A DNA stretch of 52,931 bases, counting the filler, from Bipalium vagum (taxonomy: Eukaryota): NCBI GenBank assembly GCA_037834085.1. It is 3 parts of 3 records of this genome, joined end to end, with 100 filler letters (N's around TTAATTAATTAA, not from the genome) between each part and the next. Parts side by side here need not be neighbours in the genome. Positions count along the whole stretch, not along the records: positions 33,731 to 52,931 come from JBBMKC010007725.1; 2 more parts are not named here. One strand, given 5' to 3'. The translations under genes and the position numbers were made by a program. Of the stretch, positions 37,761 through 51,165 are shown in pieces; within the stretch, counting starts at the first letter, position 1, and each line of letters opens with the position of its first letter. The notes under the pieces were generated by a model. The model made no database searches, was not told the DNA's origin, and worked only from the letters and a program-made list of their open reading frames with translations.

Positions 37761-38963
37761 TCCTCGTTGTCTCCATATATATATAAACAAATAATTAATA
37801 TATACTGTATAAAAATGTATAAAATGTATAAAATTTTTACTATTTTATTGAACACCCTAAAAAGGTTTAATAAATTTTAAAATATTTTTTATTTTGAAAT
37901 TTTCATTGAGAATAATGAAGTTATATTTTTATTATTAATGAGAGAGTAGTAATAAATTCATATAAATGCCTTATTGTACCTCATTGTAACCGTAATCAGA
38001 AAACCAAGGTTTTCTAAATTTCATATTAAAACTCCTTTTTTATTGTAACAAATTAATAAATTATATGGAAGTAATTAATACTATTTTTGTTTAATGTAAA
38101 ACAAAGTAAACTGATATTTGAAAATTTTAAGCGAAGAAAAGATTTTTATTATAATTAATAAAACAAAAAATATGGATCAAGGATGAGAAGAAATAATATA
38201 TATATTTATTCAATCTTCAAACCGAAAAACAGTTATAAGTGAAAACATAAAGTGAAATGAAACGATCTCTATCTCCATTAACTACCTAGATATTTATCTT
38301 GGAAGTTTTATCAATATTAGAAAAATCTGAAAAATGATTTATAGTCTAAAATATAATCTATGAAAATCCTTATTTTAGAATTTCAATAAATAACAATTAT
38401 GTTCTTAGGATTTACAGAAAATTGATGGCTACAAAATATCATATTTTATAATCGACAATTTATTATTAAGTTCTTTTACATTTCCATTAGAGAAGCATTA
38501 AAAATTAATATCGAACACATTCATTATAAAATATTATTAATATTAAAAATCGTTATTTATCCAAAAATGTCCATTGTTTACTGATTTCTCATTGTTCTCA
38601 ACTCCATTGTAAGTTTATTTTATATTTCCCTTTCATTTTTTAAAGAAATATGTTATATACTTAATTTTGATATCAAATAAACTGACTATGTTACTGATGT
38701 TCTGGATAATTTAGTGGTTGTTTCGTTATATTGTTCTCGAAATTTAGTGAGCTTAATCTCAGTTGGTATTTCATTAACAATAGGAAGTGTATAAATTTAC
38801 AATAAAAAGTGAAAATCTAATTCTTTTCATTGTAAAATTGTCATCCATCGATAGTATAAATTAGTGAAGATCTTTACATTTAATTGTCTGATCGTTATTA
38901 CGAATAATATCGGTCTTTTACTGTATTAACTGTCACTTTTATGTTAGACCCGATTTGTAAATA

Positions 38964-39503
38964 ATGGGTGGCCAATAAAGAATGATAAATTGTTTCAATA
39001 CATTTTTTTAAACTAAAAAAATTAAATTTGAATTATTAATTGATTTAATTTATCCTAAGGTTTTTAATATCTTGCAAAATAAACATAGCTGTCACAGAAG
39101 CAAAGAAACAATTGCGACATTCAAAAAGACTGGTATTTCAATAATAGCTCTAAATCATTGGCCACCAAATTCACTAGATCTTAGTCCTTTTGATTATTTC
39201 TTTTGGGATGAAGCATCAAAGAGACTGAAAACAAAAAAATTTGAAAATCGTACAAAACTGATTGAAAAAATTAAAGAAACAATTGCAGAAATTCCATTAA
39301 ATATGATCCGCCAAGCCATCGATTTCTTTCGACAAAGAGTTTTGGCCATAGACAGGCACAAAGGAAGTTTAATAATAAACTGTTTTAATTAAATAAATTT
39401 TGATTTTATTCTTTATTAAATACTTTTAATTGAGTTAATTTAACATTATGTTGTCTATTTCAAACGTCATTCAAAGAATTATCATTCTTTATTGGCCACC
39501 ACT
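38964..39503 (+). mobile_element. Internally deleted DD37D element (540 bp) with both TIRs
   Basis: TIRs GGTGGCCAATAAAGAATGATAA / TTATCATTCTTTATTGGCCACC; ORF 39072-39392 has QN(D)KHSCH-(37 aa)-WPPNSLDLSPFDYFFW. Confidence 0.92.
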
Positions 39504-39869
39504 TAATACTTCTGGTGATATTTCCGGTGATGAAAAATGGTGTATATTAATGAATTATTTAAAATCTATGTTCAACAATAAAAATTTATTTCTGTTTTAA
39601 TTTACGTTGTGGTGTGATTTATGATTTTTGATCTATGCATATTTTGAATAATATTCGATTCAAGGATAATAGTAATGCGAGATGAGATATAAGTTACTTT
39701 CCTATTTAAAAATTGAAAAAAATTGTTTGTTAATGAACTACTTTATTATTCCTAATGAAATAAATAGTCAAAAATGGAATTTTATTTTAGCTATTTAATG
39801 ATGTCGCATTAAAAAATCTCATTATTCGTTTTGGAAGTGGAGACTTTAAGAAATTTTCTATGAGAGGTC

Positions 39870-40240
39870 TTAAAACGTCTAAATACAGTTTCTGATTTTC
39901 TTCTTAAATGTCTTCTTGAACTGTTGGATAGCTCTAGCTGTGTTACAAACACTTACTCTTTCATGTAGCCCCAAAGGAAAAATTCTAGAGTTGTTTCATC
40001 AATTGAAAATCTGAAGTTCGCAAAATTATGTGCTTCTAATTCATCTGCCTTAGGACCTACATTGCTGCTCTAGCAGTGTGAGCAGTTGTCCCATCTTGTT
40101 GCCAACATATTTCAGACATGTCATCTATTTCTGAGCATACACGACTTTCCAAAATGTTTCAAAAATGAAATACTGTGATTGTAACTGCATTTCTTTTTTT
40201 GTCCTCAGATATTACGCCCCACAAAACTGTTTTTTTATTT
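39870..40240 (-). pseudogene. DD41D-like transposase fragment
   Basis: Minus strand ICWQQDGTTAHTARAAM and LEFFLWGYMKE*VFV. Confidence 0.85.
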
Positions 40241-43200
40241 TCTAGTCATATCTTGAATTGAAATCACATATTTTAACCACTGTTTATAATCTATTGGTAG
40301 TAAACTTTAAACAATTTGAATTTTGTAGGGGTACATATTTAAATCTTTTAGTTTTTGTTGAAAATACGTTCTTGAAACTCAATTTTGTCGAAAATGTCTT
40401 CGATAATCGAGACTTTTAGAATACAGTACTGTACACAAACAACTATTTTTTTGAAAACGTACTTAAATTTGTCTCATAAGTCGTTCTAATTTTCTAACAT
40501 AACCATTTTGTTAGAAGCACTTTTTTGGTGGTTTTTTGATTTTGAAATATTTTATATATTCTCATTATGGTAAAAATAATAGATCACTAATACTAATAGA
40601 ATTTGATAATTTTATCCGTTGCTCTAACATATATTTTTCAAAAATAAATCACCAAGATCTAAAGTTTTATAAATCTCTTAAAAATACCACTTCTTCAATA
40701 AAACTATTTTTTTAAATTAAAATTTTATTTTAGACCATAATGAGAGTTAAATTAACTTTGGTAAAAAATTCCTTTATAAAAAAGAACAAAAAGAATTAAC
40801 ACTTTAATATTCTTAACAATTAAATGCATTAGATATATATAATATAATATTATATATTATAAATATAAGTCTACTATTAATTAAAAAAATATAGCAACAA
40901 GATTATATTTATTTTATATTAAAACAATAATATTGTAACTAATATATAATGTTATAGCTAAATATAATAGCCATAGTTAAAATAAAATAAGATCTGCCAA
41001 TACCAATAATAATCTTAGTTATATTAATTTTTCTTTTAGTATAAAAATAAACATTCTAACCCACACAAATAAATAAATTAATAATTAAGTTAGTGTTAAT
41101 AGTTTTACTTATTTTAATTCCTTTTTTGTACGATTGATAAGTATATATTAAGTCATTCCATATTAATTAAATCTTTCAAACCAAACAATGTAGATAATAG
41201 CACCTTACACACGTGAAAATTGTTTTAGCCATGAATTCATGTTCCCCCTTTACACATTGACTACGACCGCTATTTGACATTTGTAAATATTTCCGTTTTG
41301 CTCTTCACGGGAGACCGAAAAGAATAACACATTAACTCTGAGATGAAGAAACTGCTAATGCATATTGTTACAAATATCATTCAACCGGATTGAATAAAGA
41401 AATAGTTATAAAACATTCATTCAATAACGATAAAATGATCTAGTAAAGCTGCCTTTTAACAAAACTAAGTCCCACATTTGTTTTTGGGTGAATAAATCAT
41501 GATTGAGTTTTGGAACCACCGGTAAATAGTCCAATTATATTTTCATTGAAAAATTCTTTTTTTAGACTAATCGTAGATTTTTGATTAATACATTCAAACA
41601 TTTAAAAAAGTTTTAAAGGATATATAGTTGAACCCATTAGATAAAAAGAATAACGTTCTTATCAGTTTGAATCAAAAATTATTCATATTTTTAAGCAAAC
41701 ACTTTATCTATAATTATTTTAACACAGATCACATAAATCCTCGAAATATAGTCCATCAGTTTCTATAACTCGATATTTCACCAGAATTTATAGACGTAGA
41801 AAAATAAAATCAGGTCACATCTATATTATCTATTTATGTCAATAATACGATACGAATTTTGTATTTATTTTAATAATTAAAGACGTTCACTCCTGTTATT
41901 TGATATTTCGAAAATTTGATTGGTCGACAGTATATAAATATTAATTAAACAATGGTAAAAATGAAATTACTTATTCCTAGACCTGATAGGTAACACGAAA
42001 TATTAATAATGATAAAATGTTTATTTTTCTCAAATTGATGTTTAATTTTAGAAATATCAATTAAGACCTTTTTTTAATATTGTAATTTTATTAAATAAAT
42101 AATTAATGTTATTAGTGAATTCCACTAATATAATTAATAGTTTATAGATGTTTGAAAAATAAGATAAATTATTATTTTAAATGAAAAATTATTAATGAAA
42201 TAGAAAGTAATTATTTAAATCAAACCTGTCAAGTCATGCAAAAGCCTAAAGAAAAAATTAACATAAAAATAGAAAATATTCAGTTAATTGTAAAAATAAA
42301 TGATTTTTAATTGATTAAAACAAATAACATTTTCTATTAAGTAAATTATTATTAATTATTTATTTTATTATTTAATATGAAAAATTTTCATTAAAAAATC
42401 TAATTGGATTCAATGCCTATTTTTATTTTTATTATTCAAAATAGAATGTCTCAAAAAGTTGAATTTAGGAAGTTTTTAATGTATGATGATAAAAAATAAC
42501 TTGGTCTTAATGTACTAGACATTCTATTTTCATAGATAAAATTCACAAAAAAATCAAAAATTTCATATTTTAAGTATTTTATAATAAATTTATTTGTTCA
42601 TTTAAAAATCTTATAAAAATATATTTCCAAATATATAATTTATTTTTAATAGTTTAATTAAATATAAAAATATAATTTACTGAGATTAAAATGGGATTTA
42701 TTTGCTTATGTATATGTATGTTAAGCTTGTTAAAATATATTTAAAAAAAATTTAAATTAATTTTTTTATAAAATTTTTTATATTTTTTTACAGTTTAACT
42801 CAAAGTAAATATGGAATTATTTATTTATTTACGTCACGTAAAAGTAGATTCATAGAACTCAAATGAATATTGGAAATTCCTTTTTCATATTTCTGATTAA
42901 TATTAAAATAGAAATAAAAGCAACACCAATATTTTAATATAACATGAATATAAAATATAAAATTGTTTCATAAATTTTATTTTTTAGAAAGAAAATAATT
43001 GATATTAATATTATTTATTTTAGTTATGATATTTATGTTAATTCATAAAATTATTCCTAACATTATACCTTGGGATATTTTATTGATATTTAAGTAATGT
43101 ATTTTATAAAAAATATTATTTAACTCTTAAAATGTATAAATTTAAGAAATAAAATTTTGTTTGTTTTCATGGTTAACGTTTAAATAAATTGTTGAATAAA

Positions 43201-44243
43201 CCCGAACCAGCCAGAAATCCCAAAGAAATTATATTTCATTCACCACAAAACAAAAATTAATGTAATATCAAACGAGTGCCAATTTCGTGACAATTTTATA
43301 AAATGTAATTTCTTTGGATTTTAGTAAAATGTAAAATAACTTATTATGGTTATTATTGTCGTATTCGGTACAATAAAAACGTGATGTCTCGTGGAAAGGT
43401 TTGGTAAAACATAGATATTATAACCAAAACAGACATTTAGTTTTTAAAATGTTTTTCTTTTCTCAATATTTCATATGCTTAAAATGAAAGAAGTAAAACA
43501 TATAATAAAATTTTTAAAATATAAAAATTATATATATTTTTATGCAATTTTATATTATAGAAATTATTAAAATATATTTGAAAATATCTCTTTAAATTTT
43601 TCCGTGAAAATTTAATTTTTTAATGAAAATCTTAAGAATAAATTGAGTGTTTAAAGTAGTACCTCGCCAATGTATTTTATTGTTTTCCTTGAAAATTTAG
43701 AATATTAAAAAATAAGAATAAATATAATAATTATTAAATTTATGAAAAATTGTGAAATAGGAAGTAAATGTTTAAATATGGAGCTGTAAGTGAAAATTAA
43801 TAAAATTATCAGACATAACAAATTATAATTTATACATAATAAATAATAAATGATTATGAATAATGAAAACACAAAACAATATTTCTTTATTTCTATTTCA
43901 TATAACCGTTCATTTTGAAATTGAATGATTCGTGAAATTCATTGGAAACTAAAGTAACTTTTCTTTTTGGATATATTTATCTTCAATTCATAATAAGAAA
44001 ATTTGAATTAAAACGGTTTGTTTTAATTGTTCATTTTTATGATTGACTAGTGATTAAACAATGGATAATTAAATTAGAATTAAAAGATAATATTTGAAAA
44101 AATGATTTAAATTTATTACATTTAATATTATCAATATTATATTTAATTATTATTATTTGAAAAAATGATTATTATATTTTTTAAAATTTTATATTTATTT
44201 GTGCCAAATAATCATCACATATTCTCAAATTTACAACTATTAT

Positions 44244-44930
44244 GGTGTCCCATAAAAATGATCGTTTTTGTATAATGACAAATTAAAGAAAACCCGATAT
44301 AGTGTTAATATATATATATATATCGTTAATATATATAAAAATAAATTATTGGTTATTTTTTATAATTTGCCACATATTCTGATTAAATTGAAAGTTTATT
44401 GTTGGCATACACATAAATGAATATTATTAAAACAATAGCAATAGCTATCTCCAAACGATTTAACTGTTTCTTATCCTAAAGTCAACAGATTTGAAATAAA
44501 GGATTTCCATTTTCTGTAACTGTGATGATATTATTTTTTTCGAAGTTTTGCCACTTATGCACCACAACTTGAAAAACTTTACAAACTTATAAGAGCAAAA
44601 ATATTCTCATTTAATCATCCGAAGGAAAGTTTTGCTACAAGCAAACAATGTTAAATCACATACATAACGGAAATCAATGGAAACTTGTAAAGGTAATAAT
44701 GGAATTGAACTGTTATCGCATTCGCCTTCTCGATAGACTTTACAGCTTCTGACTTTTATGTGATTCGATCCAACGAATATTTTCTTCGAGGGTAAAGATT
44801 TGAAAATAAAAAAACCTTCAGATTAACCTCCTATTGTTCTTCCACTTTAAATCTACGGATTGATAAAAAAGTTGGATAAAAAATTGTCAAACGTTAGGCC
44901 CTTTTTGTTAATATTAAAAGGGTAATTTCT
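44244..44930 (+). mobile_element. Degenerate mariner relic
   Basis: TIR-like TATGGTGTCCCATAAAAATGATCG; KYSHLIIRRKVLLQANNVKSHT..GIELLSHSPS..ASDFYV..FLRG. Confidence 0.75.
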
Positions 44931-45161
44931 TTTACAAAATTTTAAAGATAAAATAAGTTGAAACAGTTTATTAAACATAAAAACTTAAATTAAATAAAAA
45001 AAAACCTCTGGTTTTTTGATCAAGATCATTGGTATCAAACCTCTTGGGGTTAAGATGATAATTAAATCATTAAATCGGATTGGCTCATTTGTTTTAAATA
45101 TTTTAATACTATTCTAAAAATAATTTTATTATTAAACTGTTGTACGTTATTAAGCTTAATA

Positions 45162-45545
45162 TTAAGTTGTAATGAAAAAAATTGCGGTTTTTAACACTGA
45201 ATCTTAAACAAATTTTATTCATCAAAATAGAAACAATTACACTGCACCCATTTCTCCCAACGACTCACAAGCTTATTTATCCCGATTCGATAAAAATCTG
45301 GGTTCTAGATGTTACAAAATCTTCAAAGGCTCTAATGACATCATTAAGGAAGCTTCTCTCGTTGAAGAACTTGTTCAATTTTTTGAAGAAATAATAATCA
45401 GTAGGCGAGATATCTCGTCGGTAGGCTGGGTGAGGCAGAATTTCAAAATCAAGTTGGTTCAATTCTTGTACTATAGATTGGATGACTTGTGGTCTAGCGT
45501 TATCATGGAGAAGTATCTGATCTCTTTTCAAATGCCTAAAAAATT
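45162..45545 (-). mobile_element. Mariner 3' fragment with TIR
   Basis: ORF 45277-45531 has ILLHDNARPQ..FEILPHPAYRRDISPTDYYFFKKL (DD34D); TIR TATTAAGTTGTAATGAAAAAATTGCGG. Confidence 0.9.
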
Positions 45546-45839
45546 TTAGATAACTTTTTTATTAAAGTTTTTTATTGATTTATCTTTTCAAAAGATTTCG
45601 CTTTAAGATATAAGCAAATTTATATTAATAAAAAAATTTCATTTAACAATTCATAAAATCAAGTCATAAAAACCGTCAATAATTTCTTTACAAGCTAATA
45701 ATTATTAAAATTAAACATTCTCACATTATGATGATAATTGGTTGTAAAAATATTTATCGATTTTAAAAATACAATTTTAAACAATAATATAAATTTATGA
45801 AGATTAATTTACAAATACCAAAAAATAATATTTATTTCT

Positions 45840-46065
45840 TGTACGATTGGTAAATGGTGTTCTCATGTCTCGCATTTTCAATGACCACTTCACTGTTTGT
45901 TGTCCGACAGAATGTTCCAGTTCTGCGATTCTCCAACGGAGAATGAATATCTTTTTCCAAGCCAAATATTCTAAAAGCAAACTTGAAATATTATGGTTTT
46001 CTGTAAATAGAAAGTCAAAAAAAATATTTCCGCAATTCAGATTTGACTCTCCCCAGTCTCACTAT
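45840..46065 (-). mobile_element. Possible pogo/Tigger-like 5' fragment (CENP-B-type HTH)
   Basis: Terminus-like TAGTGAGACTGGGGAGAG; minus frame QQTVKWSLKMRDMRTPFT resembles L..W...MR..G.P.T. Confidence 0.35.
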
Positions 46066-48197
46066 TTTGTTACTTAAAATTAAAAATTGAGAATAAATAA
46101 ATTTGTCTTCAAATCAAAAATTTTCTATAAGAAGAAATTTTAAAGGTACTTAAAGAAATTTTCTTTCTTGGTTGTATCCTTACATCGATTGGTTCTTCAA
46201 TTTAATTAATTTAATTAATATTAATTAATAGATATCATTCTAAGGTAATGGACCACTATAGTCATTGGTCATTTAATTTAATTATTTTGTCTTTTAAATT
46301 TTTAAAGAAAAATTTTATTTTATACCAAATGCAATATCTGCTTAAGCATTTAAGGAAAGAAATTGATATTGAATAATAGAAAAGTGAATAAAAGATATAA
46401 AATTGAATTTTTTTATTAATCTAATGAAAGCTAGTAGTAATAATTAATTATTATTTCTTTAAAATAAATATAATAATATTATAAAATTATAATATAATAA
46501 TATAATAATAATTTAATTTTAATTTTACTGATATTTCATTTAACTAACAAATTTTAAAGGATTAAGAATATTAAGATTGTTTTTAGTGCCAATACATAAT
46601 GACAATAGTGTAAATAGCACTTGTATACTGTATATACGTCTCTTTTGGATTTGTGTACTTAACATTTAAAAAACCGGTTTTATAAAAATCACAGTCGAAC
46701 AAAATTGGTTTTAATATTGTGAAAAGTAAAAAATCAATTGTGAAAGGTTTTGGAAGAATAATGATATTTAATTAAACAAAAATTTCTTTTTATGGAATAA
46801 TTAATAATTTATTTTTGTTCTAATTTAAATTAAGATACCAAAATATTTTTTTATTTTTGAGTAATTTTTTCAAAAGATTTTACTTTGTTCTTTGGTTTAG
46901 AATGTAATGGGTAAGCTATTTTAGTTCTATTTATTATTTTTTATTTATTTATCCTTTTTTATCAAGTTCTTGTGCTATTTTAAATGCAGAAACAATGATA
47001 AATCACATTTTCTAACATATTTTCTAATATAATGTTTGTTTTTCTAACCATCCTAACCATTTAATCTACGTAGGATTCTATATTTACAAATTGTAAATTT
47101 TCTCCATTAATATTAATAGATTAAAATTGTATTTGGAGATGTAACATCAGTTATTCCTTATCACAGATATATTTTTGAAACTTAATCTTAGAATTGGGCC
47201 ATTATGTATTGCAAATGATCTCAAAAGAAAATTAGTAAAACAAACAAAAAAGTCAGACATAATAATAATTATTATATTCTTATCACTGGTGCCAATAATT
47301 ATTATAATTATGATGTTGCAATTATCAATATAATATATTACTTGTATAGATAGATAATTTATTAATAATCATATAAAATAATAAAACAATTTTCATTTTA
47401 TAAAGTTTGGCTTTCACTTCCTTACTTTATTAAATATTACTGAATGATACACAAAGCCTAACTGCCAAATAAATTCTTGTGATTTCGAAAGATTGTCATT
47501 GTAAAACCGAGACTTGATGACTGATTTTTATCATTTTTATCAAATAATTTTTAGCATCTGTTTCCGTAGTAATAAATGTGTAATAAATTTTAATTAAATT
47601 TATTTTCTCACAATTTAATTCTTTTTATAAAAATTAAGAGAAATATACTTTATTTATTTTTTTATATTTAACATCAATATATATGTTACATTTAATATCA
47701 AAAGTTTAAATTCATAAATATTATATTTAATTACAATTTTAATAAAATGTGTTATTACATTTAATAATTTTAATTAAGGCTATTTGGATTTTAATTTTAA
47801 AATCATAATATAACGTAAATTAAAATGCAAACTTTCTAATAATAGGAACATTTAAAATAATAATTTGAATAAAAATTAAAGTGTTTTTTAAATAATTTCA
47901 TAATTTAATGTATTATTGTAAATTAAGTGTGGCAGTTAATTTTGCGGATTTTTAAGAAATCAAAACAAATTTACTTTGAAAACATAGTATTAAATTTCAA
48001 TTAACATTTCTCATCTTTTTAAAAAGCCTTCTTTTAATGAATATCGACCTTGCAATGGAATTTAGTGGTTGTTCCGGATAAATCAACTTTGTGTTTATGG
48101 TTATCAAAATAAATCTATCTGTTGACGCTTGTAATTATTGTAATTATATTTTTGAACTCGACTTCGTTTTATTAATTAATATGAAAGAAAATCTGAC

Positions 48198-49923
48198 TGG
48201 CGACTACACCGAAAATATTAGCGTCGTAACGAGAAGACAAGAAAGAAAGAACACAGTAATTAGTAAATTTCCAGATCCGTACATTTAATGAACGGAGCTC
48301 GGCAGAAGCAGAGGGATGAATAAAAATAAATCGACAAGTGGCTTAACATAAATGATTTATGTTTGATCGGAGTTTTTCATTTTTTACTCTCGGAAGAAAA
48401 AGGAAACTCTTCGAAAGAAGAAGCGAGAAATTGGTTAAAGGAAACTTTTATAGTGGAAAAATCATTTCTAGAGATTCTAATGGAGCGAGCAAAACGCGGA
48501 TTAGAGGTTTGCATCATTTGAGATTCGGATCCGTAATCTTTCAGGCAACCTAATGGATTCTGAATTATCAAGAGATGAAATGGTTACAGATTTCCAGCTA
48601 AAAAGAACAAGAAGCAATAGACACAAAGAAACACTCATGACGAAATCATATATTAAAGTAGAAAATACCAGACGTTTGGCAAAGGGAACAGAAAAGGGAA
48701 AAGTGCAAGATAACACAATACGATCAAAGTTACATAAAGATAGTTTAGGGTGAACAATATCAAAGACGAACGAGGCCTTTGAATACCTGGACTCAAAACT
48801 AATCAGACCAGCATGGCGTTATCATTATAGCAAGTTGAATGAGAGAATCTCATGATGCTAAGCGCCGTGATACCCGAGATGTAATACCAATTAGACATGA
48901 AAAATTTTTTGTTGATCGAAGAGACCCTCCGAATCTATAATAGATGTAGATGCTTACAACCATCAAGAGACGAACAGGTTCGACCAGGTCAGTGTTTTTA
49001 AGAATGCACTGTCCATTGAAGAATGTATGCTTAATATGTGAAAAGGACGAACATCGTTTTCTCCGTCTTGTCCGAAGAGAGTCCGAAGATGAAACGTAAA
49101 TCAGTATGGAATATTAATGAAAGGTGAAAGTTTACAAGACGGACCATGGTATAACAAAAGCATTCCAGTCAAAAACCCTGAATAGAAATTTAAGTGTACC
49201 GTTGTTTAAGACGGTGGACTTAGGTGAAGATGGATGGACAGATATTTGAAATTTTATGGGATTCTGGTGCTTTGGTTACCGTGTTGAGTGAAGCATGCTG
49301 GAAGAAGATAGGAATACAGAGAATCTCTAATTGTCTTTAAAAATACGTCCGAGTTTCATTGGTGGTGTCGACATGATTAAGAAGTTTGATATCCAATTAT
49401 GTGAGATCAACAACATTAAAGCAAGTGATGTGGTAAAAAATATCTCAGATGAACATCGAATAAATTACACATTGGATTATTTTAAAAATGAACGAAGTAT
49501 ACAGTTATGTAACATATTGTATCAATTTTGACATTGGACAAACATCGTTGGTTCATCACGCCCATCTTGTAACAACCAAGAAGACAACCGATGGATCTAA
49601 AAGAAAAAATTAATGAAACGGTTTCCCAACTAATTTCAGGTGGAATAATTTCGAGATGTAAAAGCCCTTGGTATTCTCCACTAATTGTACCGTTGTAGTC
49701 GGAAAGAAGGATGATTCAATTTGGATGTGCCTGGATTTCAGGAGAGTGAATACCATCACGAAGAAATTCAATTTTCTGATACCCGATATGAAGATGTTGT
49801 TAGACAGCCTAGCTGATTAAAAATATTTTTGTCCATGGACTTGAGACAGGCATACTACAAAGTTCCGTTTTCAGTGGAACCAAGGTTGATAACAACTTTT
49901 AGAACTAAGCAGGGACAGTGGGT
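48198..49923 (+). mobile_element. Degenerate Ty3/Gypsy retrotransposon: PBS, gag with CCHC knuckle, protease, RT N-terminal half
   Basis: PBS TGGCGACTACACCG (48198); VCLICEKDEHRF (~49025); ILWDSGALVTVLSEACWKKIG (~49255); GIISRCKSPWYSPLI..KKDDSIWMCLDFRRVNTITKK..LSMDLRQAYYKVP..TTFRTKQGQW. Many stops and frameshifts; cut off by a mariner. Confidence 0.93.
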
Positions 49924-49925
49924 TA

Positions 49926-51165
49926 CGTGGTGCGCTCATTAAGTACTTAGATTTGATAGGAAATAATTACTTTATAAAAAATATTGAAAGTGATTAATTC
50001 TAATATATATAGGTAATGAAAAGGTAGTTTTGTTCTTCTAAAAAATTTTTGTTTTTATAATAATTGCAATATTTTAAAAAATGATAGACAATGTTGAATT
50101 TTGTAGTGTAATCAAATTTCTGCTATTGAAGCAAACAAATAGCCAAGAAATTATTAATCAACTGCAGAGCGAGTGCCATTGTAAAGCAACTATTTATAAT
50201 TGGATTAGGTAATTCAAAAGTGGCCGAACTAGTGCTTTTAGGTCTGAGAAATCTGGCAGACCTGTTGACGTTGAAGATGCGAAGAAGGAAATCCTGTTGC
50301 AAATCAGCATTAAAGACCGTCGTATTCTAACAAAAGACCTCGCGTAATGTCTAAACATCTCAAAAGGTACGTTGCATGAAATTAGCATTAGAAGGCTGTG
50401 TTCACAATTTCTCGCAGGTGATATGCAACAACGTCCACTAAAGTGTTGTCAGAAAAATTTGGAGAAAAAAAAACTAGAAGATGCTTTTATCAATAACATA
50501 ATCATGGAAGATGAGACACCTTTGAGCTTGTATATACCGGAAAGTAAACGCGAATCTACTGAATGGAAGATGTCAGGGTAGAAACCAACACTAAAAATGA
50601 GAACTGGGACATCTCATAAAAAATGTTTGATGTTGACAATCTTTTAGGATATGAAAGGTATTTTCAAAGTCGATTTTGTGCATCTGTTGTCAAATTCATT
50701 TCAGAATATTATGCAAAACTTATAAAGGAAGTAAGAGGAAAACGACAAAAAGGAGGAAAGACTGGACTGCGGCTCTTGCATGATAATGTCCCAATCCACA
50801 AATACAATCTGACAAAAGCCTACAATTGATTCGTGTGGATTGTCACTCGTTCCTCACCCATGATACATTCCCGATCTAGTTCCCATTGACTTTCACTTCT
50901 TCCAACAGCTGAAGAAGGATATGTGAGGAAAACGATTTGATTGTGCCTTTGATTTGCAGCACTATGTCACGGATTTATTGAAATCATACTTCAAAATCTT
51001 TTATGAAAAAGGTATTTTGAATTTAGTGTCTCGTTGGCAAAAATGTGTGGAAGTTGGTGGAGGTTATTTTGAAAAATAAATATAGACTTGCTACTTGTTT
51101 ATTATTGAAAGTTTAAATAAAATCAGTTGTATATTTCAGTCTAAGTACTTAATGGGCGCACTACT
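49926..51165 (+). mobile_element. Full-length degenerate mariner (DD34D, irritans-like) inserted into the Gypsy RT
   Basis: TA|CGTGGTGCGCTCATTAAGTACTTAGA ... TCTAAGTACTTAATGGGCGCACTACT|TA; TIYNWIR*FKSGRTS..SGRP, IIMEDETPLSLYIPESKRESTEW, LLHDNVPIH, PHP*YIPDLVPIDFHFF, RWQKCVEVGGGYFEK*. Confidence 0.95.

Noticed and set aside
37667-37880. Tyr/Ile-rich ORFs on both strands
   Set aside because: Translation artefacts of the (TA)n repeat.
41919-41991. ATTGG plus TATATAAA followed by MVKMKLLIPRPD and a GT donor
   Set aside because: CCAAT-TATA and TATA-ATG spacings are too short, and no downstream exon could be linked.
45850-46000. Homeobox-like minus frame (LLLEYLAWKK..QTVKWSLKMR)
   Set aside because: Lacks WFQN/WF.NRR and the conserved Phe/Leu spacing; fits a transposase HTH remnant better.
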